A stretch of DNA of 19,008 nt from Nitrospirota bacterium (GTDB taxonomy: Bacteria; Nitrospirota; UBA9217): contig JAOUEV010000060.1 in the NCBI GenBank assembly GCA_029858565.1, positions 1-19,008 of the forward strand. The letters run 5' to 3'. The notes under the pieces were generated by a model, which saw only the letters and a list, made by a program, of their open reading frames with translations, was not told the DNA's origin and searched no databases. Of the stretch, positions 9,135-17,405 are shown piece after piece. Made by a program: the position numbers and the translations under genes. The first letter of the stretch is position 1; the number at the start of each line of letters is the position of its first letter.

Positions 9135-10232
9135 CTATAAAGCTTTCCTGACCGCTTCAGCAACGGTCTTGACCTGTTCTTCGGTCAATTCCGGGAATAT
9201 GGGCAGTGAAAGGACTTCTTTTGTGGCCGCTTCGGTGGCCGGTAGACTGCCTGCTTTCATGCCCAGGTCCTTATAAGCAGCCTGCAGATGCAATGGTACC
9301 GGATAGTAGATCATCGAAGACATCTTTGCGTCATCCAGGCGCTGCTTGACCGCATCCCGGTTCTTTACGCGGATTGTATACTGATGGTAAACATGTTTGC
9401 AGTCCTTGCGTTCGACCGGTATCTGGACACCGGTCCCTTCAAGATGTTTTGCATACCATGCCGCGGCCCTGCGTCTTCCATCGTTGTATGAGTCGATCCG
9501 TTTGAACTTCACATTGAGTATAGCTGCCTGGATCTCGTCGAGCCTGCTGTTGTAACCCACTTCATCGTGGTAATATCGGACCTTGCTCCCGTGGTTGCGG
9601 AGGCTCAGCATGCGCTCCGACATCTTTGGATCGTCGGCAGTGACCATGCCGCCGTCGCCATAAGCGCCGAGGTTCTTGCTTGGAAAGAAACTGAAACAGC
9701 CGGCGTGTCCGAAGGCGCCTGTTTTTCTTCCTTTGTATTCGGCGCCGAATGACTGCGCGCAATCCTCGACCACCTTGAGGCCGTGTTTGACCGAAATGGC
9801 CATGATCTCATCCATGTCAGCAGCGTGACCATACAGATGCACTGGAAGGATTGCCTTCGTTCTTTCGGTGATCTTCATCTCGATCTGCGCAGTGTCCATA
9901 TTGAAGGTGTCCGGCAGGATGTCGACAAAGACCGGCACGGCGCCTACGTAGGAGATCGCCTCGGCGGTCGCTATGAAAGTGAACGGCGTGGTTATGACCT
10001 CATCTCCGTGGCCGATCCCGGCGGCGCGCAGGGCCAGATGCAGGGCGTCGGTCCCCGATGCCACGCCTACGGCATGTTTCACGCCGTGGTACTGAGCGAT
10101 CGCCTGCTCAAGCGCTTTCCCCTGCGGGCCGAGGATGAACGTGGTGTTCTGTATGACACCAAGGACAGCAGCACTGATCTCCTCCTTGATCTCATCGTAC
10201 TGGATTTTGAGGTCAACCATTGGTATGGACAT
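9135..10232 (-). CDS. gnnB: DegT/DnrJ/EryC1/StrS PLP aminotransferase, probable UDP-3-keto-GlcNAc transaminase GnnB
   Basis: Motifs VASGTDAL, TPFTFIATAE, PVHLYG, EDCAQ, SFFPSKNLGAYGDGG (PLP lysine), NSRLDEIQAA and LSLPIFP. GAGGAG SD upstream. The family call is secure; the GnnB call rests on its position directly before lpxB. Confidence 0.8.
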   Translation of the reverse strand: MSIPMVDLKIQYDEIKEEISAAVLGVIQNTTFILGPQGKALEQAIAQYHGVKHAVGVASGTDALHLALRAAGIGHGDEVITTPFTFIATAEAISYVGAVPVFVDILPDTFNMDTAQIEMKITERTKAILPVHLYGHAADMDEIMAISVKHGLKVVEDCAQSFGAEYKGRKTGAFGHAGCFSFFPSKNLGAYGDGGMVTADDPKMSERMLSLRNHGSKVRYYHDEVGYNSRLDEIQAAILNVKFKRIDSYNDGRRRAAAWYAKHLEGTGVQIPVERKDCKHVYHQYTIRVKNRDAVKQRLDDAKMSSMIYYPVPLHLQAAYKDLGMKAGSLPATEAATKEVLSLPIFPELTEEQVKTVAEAVRKAL

Positions 10233-10252
10233 CGAACGACACTCCTCTCAGG

Positions 10253-11200
10253 TTAAAGACTGGTAAAGTCGCTGTTTCCCTGCTCAATAGCGGTCGTAAT
10301 AAGCCGGGCAAGGGCAAGAGCATTTCTGCCTTCCTTACCCGAAACCAGGGGCTGCTTGCCTACCCGAACGCATTCGACAAAATCAGAGATCTCATCGAAC
10401 AGCGTATCCCTTTTCTCGGAAGGCAGTTCCCGTGCGGGAAACGTTGTTGATTCTCCACGGGATGGTTCTGACAGAAAGGCCTTTTGGGTCTGATAATCAG
10501 CCGTGTACAGGAGATCTCCATCGAAGACCTTTAGCAGCCGTTTCTTCTCGTCGGAGACCCTGCTGGCGGTCACGTCTGCGATGCAGCCGTTCTCGAAGAT
10601 GATGCGAGCGGTGGCCGTATCGATCAGTTTCGTTATGACTGATACGCCGGCGGCGCTCACTTTAAGCGGTCTTGAACCGGCCAGATCGCACAGGATATCG
10701 AGATCATGGATCATGAGGTCGAGGACCACGTTCACATCCGTGCAGCGTACCGTGAAGGGCGCGGATCGTTCTGCCTGCATATAACGCGGCGATTTCAGCA
10801 GCGGCTTGATGGTCCTGATCGCGGGATTGAAACGTTCAATATGGCCGACCTGGAGGACCAGTTTCTTCTTCGAGGCGATCTCAATGAGTTCGTCGGCTTC
10901 TTCCAGGGTCGTTGTGACGGGTTTTTCAAGGAGCACATGTGTTCCTGCAAGCAGGAACTCCCGCGCGATACGATGGTGCAGGACAGTCGGTGCAACGATG
11001 CTTACCAGTTCTACATTGCCGATCATGTCCTTTGTGTCGGCAAACACACGCGTGGACAGCTTTTCGGCTACCTGTTGCGCCCTGTTTCTGTCAGGATCGA
11101 GGACACCCGTAAGCTCCACACCATCGAGCTTCGCATACTTCTCGGCGTGAAACTGTCCCAGATACCCTACGCCTATGACTCCTGCGTGAAATTTCATCAT
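10253..11200 (-). CDS. gnnA: Gfo/Idh/MocA NAD-dependent oxidoreductase, probable UDP-GlcNAc 3-dehydrogenase GnnA
   Basis: Motifs GVIGVGYLGQFHA (Rossmann), LLEKP, QVGHIERFNPA, DLMIHDLD and TASRVS. The start could be either of two adjacent ATGs (11200 or 11197). The GnnA call rests on its position inside the lpx cluster. Confidence 0.8.
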   Translation of the reverse strand: MMKFHAGVIGVGYLGQFHAEKYAKLDGVELTGVLDPDRNRAQQVAEKLSTRVFADTKDMIGNVELVSIVAPTVLHHRIAREFLLAGTHVLLEKPVTTTLEEADELIEIASKKKLVLQVGHIERFNPAIRTIKPLLKSPRYMQAERSAPFTVRCTDVNVVLDLMIHDLDILCDLAGSRPLKVSAAGVSVITKLIDTATARIIFENGCIADVTASRVSDEKKRLLKVFDGDLLYTADYQTQKAFLSEPSRGESTTFPARELPSEKRDTLFDEISDFVECVRVGKQPLVSGKEGRNALALARLITTAIEQGNSDFTSL

Positions 11201-11216
11201 GTGTTCCGAACCTCGG

Positions 11217-12041
11217 TCATTCGTCGATCGTGCCGTTCACGTTCAATGCAACGATTGAGATGCCAGCAGCATTGGCCTCTCGCAGGATGTCATCCCGGCC
11301 GATCATGATCGTTTTTCCCGCCTCAATTGCAAGACAGGATGCTTTTACTTCCTTCATCGTCCGTATCGTCTGGTCGCCGGTCGCAGGGAGATCGAAACGC
11401 AGGTCCTGCTGGGGCTTGCAGATCTTGACGACAACGGCACCCTCCCGGCACAATTTTCCGCCGCGACGGATGGCCTCATCCGTGCCTTCTACCGCTTCCA
11501 CAGCGACCACGGACTGGTCTTTTACGACCACGGTCTGGCCTATGTCGAGCCTGCCGATCTCCTTTGCCATCTGCCATCCAAAAGAGATATCCTTCCACTC
11601 GTCCTTGGAGGGTTTTCGTTTCGTCAGCACACCTGCGGGCGCGAGTAGGCTATCAAGATAGAGGGTCGATTCCCTTACCGTAATGCCTTCTGACTCCAGC
11701 TCGGCGGCAACGCCTCGAAGGATGGAATCATCCTTTTTGGCGAGCAGCTTTGCAAGGAGAGCCGCACCCCGCAGGTCCGGCAGCGCGCCGTTGAACAAAT
11801 GGGTCTTTTTTATGCCGCCCGCCATGAGAACATCGTGGACCTCATGTTCCTTGAAGGTCTTTATCAGTTTTCCGAGCTGTCCCACTTTAACCCAGACGAC
11901 GACGTCTGCCCACTGTGAGATCTCCGGTACCGTTTCCCCTTCATGAGCGACAACGACAACGGTGAGACCCTTTTGTTTCGCAGCTTTTGCGAATTCCACG
12001 GGAAATGTGCCGTTCCCGGCTATGAGACCGATCTTTTGCAT
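11217..12041 (-). CDS. lpxI: UDP-2,3-diacylglucosamine pyrophosphatase LpxI (DUF1009)
   Basis: Motifs IGLIAGNG.FP, MAGGI.K, DD.IL, LDIGQTVVV, VEAVEGTD, K..KPQQDLRFDLP..G..T and EAGKT. It lies directly downstream of lpxA. Confidence 0.95.
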   Translation of the reverse strand: MQKIGLIAGNGTFPVEFAKAAKQKGLTVVVVAHEGETVPEISQWADVVVWVKVGQLGKLIKTFKEHEVHDVLMAGGIKKTHLFNGALPDLRGAALLAKLLAKKDDSILRGVAAELESEGITVRESTLYLDSLLAPAGVLTKRKPSKDEWKDISFGWQMAKEIGRLDIGQTVVVKDQSVVAVEAVEGTDEAIRRGGKLCREGAVVVKICKPQQDLRFDLPATGDQTIRTMKEVKASCLAIEAGKTIMIGRDDILREANAAGISIVALNVNGTIDE

Positions 12042-12065
12042 AGCTCACACGTTCCGGAGAGTTTC

Positions 12066-12839
12066 CTAGCGGGTAATTCCCCGCTTTGAGTTCTTCATGA
12101 AATCAACGAGGTGGAGCGCCTCGGGTGAAGATGCATATTCGCTCTGTACCTTTTCAAAAGCCTCCTCCTGGGTAAGGCCTGAGCGAAAGATGATCTTGTA
12201 GACCTTTTTCAGCACGGCAATGGCTTCATCGCTGAATCCCCGTCGTTTGAGGCCTATAAGATTGAGACCATACAATTTTGCACGGTTTCCCGCGGCGCTT
12301 ACATACGGCGGTACATCCTGACTTACCGCGGATTGACCGCCGATCAGGGCGTAGGCGCCAATTCGGGCAAATTGATGAACAGCCACAATGCCGCCAAGAA
12401 TAGCATAGTCCCCGACCTCGATGTGACCGGCAAGCATGGCAGAGTTCGCCATGATGATATGATTGCCTAATTTACAGTCGTGGGCTACGTGCGAGTAGGC
12501 CATGAAAAAATTATTATTCCCGATCTCGGTCTTCTTGTCCGCTTTTGTCGTAGCGCGGTGGATCGTGGTGCATTCGCGGATCACGTTGTCGTTGCCGATT
12601 ATGAGTTCTGTCGGCTCGTTCTTATAACCGATGTCCTGCGGAGGCGTTCCGATGCTGGAAAAAGAAAGGATCTGGTTCCGCTCTCCGATGGTCGTCCAGC
12701 CTTCGATCAGCACATGGGATGCGATGCGGCATCCCTTCCCGATCTTGACATGCTCTCCCACGACGGTATAGGCCCCGATCTCGACGTCCTCGGCTATGAC
12801 CGCCCGGGGATGGACGAGCGCTGTTGTATGAATGGTCAC
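12066..12839 (-). CDS. lpxA: Acyl-ACP--UDP-N-acetylglucosamine (or UDP-GlcNAc3N) acyltransferase
   Basis: Hexapeptide repeats, PQD, IRE..TIHR, HVAHDC (catalytic His), LAGH, VHQF, QDVPPY and GLKRRGF. GTG start with GGAGG SD. Confidence 0.97.
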   Translation of the reverse strand: MTIHTTALVHPRAVIAEDVEIGAYTVVGEHVKIGKGCRIASHVLIEGWTTIGERNQILSFSSIGTPPQDIGYKNEPTELIIGNDNVIRECTTIHRATTKADKKTEIGNNNFFMAYSHVAHDCKLGNHIIMANSAMLAGHIEVGDYAILGGIVAVHQFARIGAYALIGGQSAVSQDVPPYVSAAGNRAKLYGLNLIGLKRRGFSDEAIAVLKKVYKIIFRSGLTQEEAFEKVQSEYASSPEALHLVDFMKNSKRGITR

Positions 12840-12856
12840 GGATCAATCCTCCGGAA

Positions 12857-13288
12857 TTACTTGTCAACGATCATTGCCATCATGTCCGATTCTGCGACAA
12901 CAACTCCATCGACCTTTGCCACGGACTTGAAAGCACGGATCGTTGAACGGGACTTTATTAATTCCAGTTCAAAACGAATCTGGTCGCCGGGCAGCACAGG
13001 TTTGCGGAACTTGGCATTGTCAATGCTCATGAAATAAAGCACTTTTTTGTGTGGCTCCGGGTCGGACTTCAAGGCAAGTACACCGCCGGTCTGTGCCATG
13101 GCCTCCAGCAAAAGAACGCCCGGCATGATGGGATGGCCGGGGAAGTGACCCTGGAAGAACGGTTCATTGATCGTCACGTTCTTGATCCCTACGATACGTT
13201 TGTTCTCCTCGAACTCAACGATCTTGTCGACAAGCAGAAAAGGATACCGGTGAGGCAAATATTTCATGATTTCATTAATATCAATCAC
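12857..13288 (-). CDS. fabZ: 3-hydroxyacyl-ACP dehydratase
   Basis: Motifs LPHRYPFLLVD, KNVTINEPFFQGHFP..PIMPGVL..EAMAQ and FRKPV.PGD. GTG start with AAGGAGG SD. Confidence 0.97.
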   Translation of the reverse strand: MIDINEIMKYLPHRYPFLLVDKIVEFEENKRIVGIKNVTINEPFFQGHFPGHPIMPGVLLLEAMAQTGGVLALKSDPEPHKKVLYFMSIDNAKFRKPVLPGDQIRFELELIKSRSTIRAFKSVAKVDGVVVAESDMMAMIVDK

Positions 13289-13319
13289 GGATGACCTCCT
13301 TTATCGGTCTCTTGCGATT

Positions 13320-14348
13320 CTATTCTTTTTCAGGCTGCACTTCAACACACGCTATCTTCCTTTCCAATTGCGATATCCGCTTGCGGAGCTCCGGCAATTT
13401 CGGAAGAACTGCCTGGACTTTGAGCCAGTCTCGCAACGGCATGGCATAGTAGCCGGCCACAACGCTGCCTGAAGGCATGTCCTGGGTGATGCCGCTCCCG
13501 CCGCCGATCATAACACGGTCGCCGACGGTAACATGATCACCGACCCCCGCCTGGCCGCCTATCACCACATAGCTGCCCAGGGATGCGCTGCCTGCCACAC
13601 CGACCTGCCCGGCGATGAGACAGTGCTCACCGATGGAAACATTATGTGCCACGTGGACCATGTTATCCATCTTTGTGCCCCGCTTGATGACCGTGCTCCC
13701 CAGAGCTGCGCGATCGATGGCGCAGTTTGCGCCAAGCTCAACATCATCTTCAATAAGGACACCGCCGACCTGGGGGATCTTGTGATGAACGCCCCCCTCC
13801 GTCACAAAGCCGAATCCGTCACTCCCGATCACGGTACCCGCGTGAATGATGACGCGATTGCCTATAGCGACCCCTTCTCGGATCGAAACGTTCGAATGGA
13901 CCACGCAATCATCGCCGACAACGGACCCTTCCCCGATGAAGGCACCGGAGAAAATGATCGTGCGCTTCCCGATCCTCGCCCCGGCAGAAATGACCGCGAA
14001 GGGATGGATCGTCGCATCGGGAGCTATAAGCGAGTCTTTGCCGATGAAGGCCTGACCACTGATCCCGCCGGGGACATAGGGTTTTGCGTGAAGGATCGCG
14101 AGCACCTGCGCAAAAGCATAACGCGGGTTCTTGACGACAAGCGACGGGATGTCCGGCACCTTCATCGTACGGCCGATAATGACCGCCGAGGCGCACGTCT
14201 GTTCCACCGCTCCGGCATACTTCTCATCGGACAAGAACGTAATATCACCGTCAGCGGCATCCTGAAGTCCGGCTGCTCCGCGGATGTCGACATCACCTGG
14301 ACCGTTCAGTTGTGCGTCCAGGAGCTCAGCAAGTTTACGCAGTTCCAT
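13320..14348 (-). CDS. lpxD: UDP-3-O-(3-hydroxyacyl)glucosamine N-acyltransferase
   Basis: N-terminal ITFL...Y and NP..AFA, hexapeptide repeats, GSDGFGF, KIPQVG.V.IEDDVE.GAN..IDRA and DN.V.VAHNV. Confidence 0.97.
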   Translation of the reverse strand: MELRKLAELLDAQLNGPGDVDIRGAAGLQDAADGDITFLSDEKYAGAVEQTCASAVIIGRTMKVPDIPSLVVKNPRYAFAQVLAILHAKPYVPGGISGQAFIGKDSLIAPDATIHPFAVISAGARIGKRTIIFSGAFIGEGSVVGDDCVVHSNVSIREGVAIGNRVIIHAGTVIGSDGFGFVTEGGVHHKIPQVGGVLIEDDVELGANCAIDRAALGSTVIKRGTKMDNMVHVAHNVSIGEHCLIAGQVGVAGSASLGSYVVIGGQAGVGDHVTVGDRVMIGGGSGITQDMPSGSVVAGYYAMPLRDWLKVQAVLPKLPELRKRISQLERKIACVEVQPEKE

Positions 14349-14353
14349 TTTTC

Positions 14354-14902
14354 CTACTTTTTCGTGTCAAACTTGCGGTCGATCTCGGCGACCACTTTTT
14401 CCGTCACATCAAGGTCCTCGTCACCATAAAGCACTGAGGGAGTCTCCCCTTTCGAAAGAAGACTGATGCTCTTGTTCAGGATCATTGAGAACTTTTCCTT
14501 CTTTGCCATATCCTTGAGTACGGCAATAAGATCCTGATTGAACTCAGCGGACAGTTCTTCATTCTTTTTGGCAAGTTCGTTATTGAACTCAGACCGTTTC
14601 TTTTCGAAATCATTGATCTTGCGGCCTATGGTTTCTTCGCGTTCTTTCTTCACTTCAGGCTTCAGAACCGCCGACTGTTTTGCGTAGTCATCCCGGAGCT
14701 TCTGGATCTCATCCGCGTCGAGGTCAAGGATCTTCTTGCGGCTTTCATAATACTCACGAAGGATCCCTTGATATTTCTTCCCCAGTTTTGTCTTGTCGAA
14801 CACCGTCTGGGTGTCGACGAAACCTACCTTTCCTCCGGCCGCCAAGGCCGAGGACAGCGTGCACAATCCCAGGATGAACACCAGCGCTACTATTTTCTTC
14901 AT
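14354..14902 (-). CDS. skp: Periplasmic OMP chaperone Skp/OmpH
   Basis: The true start is likely ATG 14902 (MKKIVALVFILGLCTLSSALA signal peptide) with AAGGAGG SD, not the longer ORF-track start inside bamA. It has KVGFVD, a long charged coiled coil, and VLYG..DLDVT. The position between bamA and lpxD is canonical. Confidence 0.92.
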   Translation of the reverse strand: MKKIVALVFILGLCTLSSALAAGGKVGFVDTQTVFDKTKLGKKYQGILREYYESRKKILDLDADEIQKLRDDYAKQSAVLKPEVKKEREETIGRKINDFEKKRSEFNNELAKKNEELSAEFNQDLIAVLKDMAKKEKFSMILNKSISLLSKGETPSVLYGDEDLDVTEKVVAEIDRKFDTKK

Positions 14903-14943
14903 GATCGCCTCCTTGATGGTATTGCCGATATGCGGAGATGTTT

Positions 14944-17388
14944 TTAGAAAAGGGCTCCGATAGAGAATTCGAACATGCTCCGTTCGTCGGTAAGTTTCTC
15001 GTTTACGATGTATCCCCATTCAAAACGCAGCGGACCTATGGGAGAAAGCCACCAGAAACCCCATCCATAGGAATGGCGCAGCTGCCGCACGCTGATCGGT
15101 TCGTTCGTATTGAACGCTTTGCCCATATCGTAGAACAGAACACCTTTCAGACGAGCTGCGGGAACGATCGGGAAGGTATATTCCACGTTGAAGACAAGCT
15201 CCTTGTTACCGCCCAACCGATTGTATCCCGTCTGCGTCTCGCTCAGAACGATTGGTTGGCCTGTATTGGGGTCGATCTTGGCTGTTCCATTTTCCATCAG
15301 ATAGACAGGACCGTACGTAGGCTCGCGGGGCCCGAGAGAACCGTACCGGTAGCCGCGAACTGTCGAGGAACCTCCCACGAAGAACCGCTCGCCTGCGGGA
15401 AGAGGCAGGTCGCTCAATGATCCTGCATACCCGACTCGGCCGCGCATCATGAATACCGTATCCCAGAACAGTGGGAAGAACCAGGACGAATCCGCGACCG
15501 TCTTAATGAAATTCGGGTCGCCTCCGAGCGGGCCGCCTGCGTATGTGAAGAAGATGCTGTTCCGGGATCCCGTTTTGGGATCGAGATAGAAATCCCGGGA
15601 ATCCCGGGATAGGCTCGCGGTGAGCGCGCTCGTTGTAACGACCTCTCCGTAGCTGTCCAGCTGTTTCTGCAGAAGATAGGTCGGCGTCTTTGTAATATGA
15701 TAGACATTGGACCTGTCCAGGCTGTAACGGAGCGATGCGGAAACATATTCGGAATAGGACTTGCCCGTAGCCAGAGCGAAACCGTTGGTCTCGAGATTAT
15801 ACCCGTCGAATTCCTGGTCCTGATTGTAAAGGTCGATCCGGCCCCACACCGGGATGTCGAACAGATAAGGCTCCATGAAACTGACCATGTAGATCCGACG
15901 GGTCTTGCCCCATTGTGTTTTGAACTTGAGCAGTTGGCCTCGTCCGCCAAGATTGCCCTGGGTCACTTCCGCGATGGCCATTAATTTATCGACCGAGCTG
16001 TATCCTCCGCCCAGACTCAGGTTCCCGGTCAGCTTTTCCTTCACGCGAACGTTCAGGTCCATGACCGGTTCCTGCAACCTGCGCTCAGGGAGTATCTCGA
16101 CATTCTCGAAGAAGTTCAGGTTGTTGATCCGTTCATAGCTTCTCTTGAGCGCTTTCTTGCTGTACAGGTCTCCTTCATCCAATCGCATTTCTCGACGAAC
16201 GACCTTGTCGCGGGTCTTCGAGTTGCCGGTAATGTCGATCCTGCCTATGTGAACCTCGCCGCCTTCCTGTATATCGATGGAGATGGCTACCGTCCGATGC
16301 TCCTGATCAATGTTGAACAACGGTGTGACATTGGCAAAGGGACGGGACAGAACGTCATAACGGTCCATGATGCGGGACACGTCATTCCGGAGCAGCTCTC
16401 GGCTGAAGATTTCCCCGCGCTGAAGCTTCATCTCCTTCATCAGCTCTTCAGTGCTCAGGAGCGTGTTCCCCTTTACGTTGATCGTGCCGACCGAGAATTG
16501 GTCGCCTTCCTTGATCGTGATGAGGAGGGAGACCTCATTCTCCGTCACATAGGTCTCGGTCTGTCCCATGAACTCATAGGAGTGTTCCGTCCTCGGATAC
16601 TCCTTGATTACCGGATCGCTGATCTGGACCTGAATATATCCCTTATTATAATACAGGTCCCTGATCGCATCGGTGTCGTTCTTCAGGTCCTCCGTCCGCA
16701 GCGTTCCGCTCGTACCTAAAAAGGAAAAGAACCAATGTTCCTGGTTCTTCATCACGCCCTTGATAGCATCGGCGTCAATTGCGCTGTTCCCGGTTATAAT
16801 AATATCGGTCAGTCGGATCTTATCCCCTTCTTCGATGAAATACGTGATGTTCTTGTCGCCGCCCTTGACATCGGTTATGATCGGGACGATAACAGCGTGG
16901 TAGTATCCCTCATCCTGGTATTTGACCCGGATCTTTTCGGCATTTTCCTGCACCAGCTGAAGGTTAAAAGCGGTACGGGGAAGAAGTGTCACGATTTCCT
17001 TCATCTTTTCAAGGGAAACCGCCTCATTTCCTTCGTAGGAGATCTCCCGGATGAGCGGTTTTTCCTTGACCAGAAAGAGGACCTTCAGCCCCTTTTCAAA
17101 ACCTTCTGTTTTGACCTGGACATCCTCAAAATGACCGAGCTGATACAGGGTCTTGATATCATCCTTGATCTGGTTGGGTGAAAACATCGCACCTTCCCGG
17201 GTTTTGATCTTTGCTAGGATCGTAGCGGCTTCTATCCGGCGGTTGCCTTGTACTTCTATCATCGTCACGGGAATCTCTTCAGAGAAAGCCTTCCCGTTCA
17301 GGACAATAATGGCAAGGAGCAGTGAGGTAATACAGATTCGCAAAATTCTCGGGAGAACAATAGGCACCAGGGATACCATCCTCTGCAA
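14944..17388 (-). CDS. bamA: Outer membrane protein assembly factor BamA
   Basis: Signal peptide, POTRA repeats (I.VQGN.RI, LYQLGHF, V.E.P.I..I...GN, I.ITGN.KTRD.VVRRE), barrel with GGGYSS, NL.GRG, RFFVGG..TVRGY, W.SPIGPLRF, and C-terminal FEFSIGALF. The start is uncertain: TTG 17388, ATG 17379 or GTG 17367. Confidence 0.97.
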   Translation of the reverse strand: MQRMVSLVPIVLPRILRICITSLLLAIIVLNGKAFSEEIPVTMIEVQGNRRIEAATILAKIKTREGAMFSPNQIKDDIKTLYQLGHFEDVQVKTEGFEKGLKVLFLVKEKPLIREISYEGNEAVSLEKMKEIVTLLPRTAFNLQLVQENAEKIRVKYQDEGYYHAVIVPIITDVKGGDKNITYFIEEGDKIRLTDIIITGNSAIDADAIKGVMKNQEHWFFSFLGTSGTLRTEDLKNDTDAIRDLYYNKGYIQVQISDPVIKEYPRTEHSYEFMGQTETYVTENEVSLLITIKEGDQFSVGTINVKGNTLLSTEELMKEMKLQRGEIFSRELLRNDVSRIMDRYDVLSRPFANVTPLFNIDQEHRTVAISIDIQEGGEVHIGRIDITGNSKTRDKVVRREMRLDEGDLYSKKALKRSYERINNLNFFENVEILPERRLQEPVMDLNVRVKEKLTGNLSLGGGYSSVDKLMAIAEVTQGNLGGRGQLLKFKTQWGKTRRIYMVSFMEPYLFDIPVWGRIDLYNQDQEFDGYNLETNGFALATGKSYSEYVSASLRYSLDRSNVYHITKTPTYLLQKQLDSYGEVVTTSALTASLSRDSRDFYLDPKTGSRNSIFFTYAGGPLGGDPNFIKTVADSSWFFPLFWDTVFMMRGRVGYAGSLSDLPLPAGERFFVGGSSTVRGYRYGSLGPREPTYGPVYLMENGTAKIDPNTGQPIVLSETQTGYNRLGGNKELVFNVEYTFPIVPAARLKGVLFYDMGKAFNTNEPISVRQLRHSYGWGFWWLSPIGPLRFEWGYIVNEKLTDERSMFEFSIGALF

Positions 17389-17405
17389 CAGACTGAAAAC
17401 GTTGT

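Noticed and set aside
9135-11200. Alternative reading of the oxidoreductase/aminotransferase pair as O-antigen WbpB/WbpE or antibiotic aminosugar genes
   Set aside because: No WbpA, WbpD or other partner genes are adjacent, and the position between lpxI and lpxB plus the LpxA motif favour GnnA/GnnB. It is not formally excluded without a phylogeny.
5566-12056. CGGAAC recurring in three intergenic spacers (before lpxI, gnnA and waaA), resembling a sigmaE -35 element
   Set aside because: It is only 6 bp, has no matching -10 element that I could identify, and lies too close to the start codons. It is likely chance or SD-related purine bias.
13533-14429. 298-aa plus-strand ORF antisense to lpxD, and similar 150-200 aa plus-strand ORFs opposite gnnA, msbA, waaA, GT9, lpxA and bamA
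   Set aside because: They are fully overlapped by well-conserved minus-strand genes and show no recognisable motifs. They are the shadow ORFs expected from codon bias in moderately GC-rich DNA.
14903-15019. 39-aa N-terminal extension of Skp given by the ORF track
   Set aside because: It overlaps the bamA 3' end. The AAGGAGG SD and the signal peptide point to ATG 14902.
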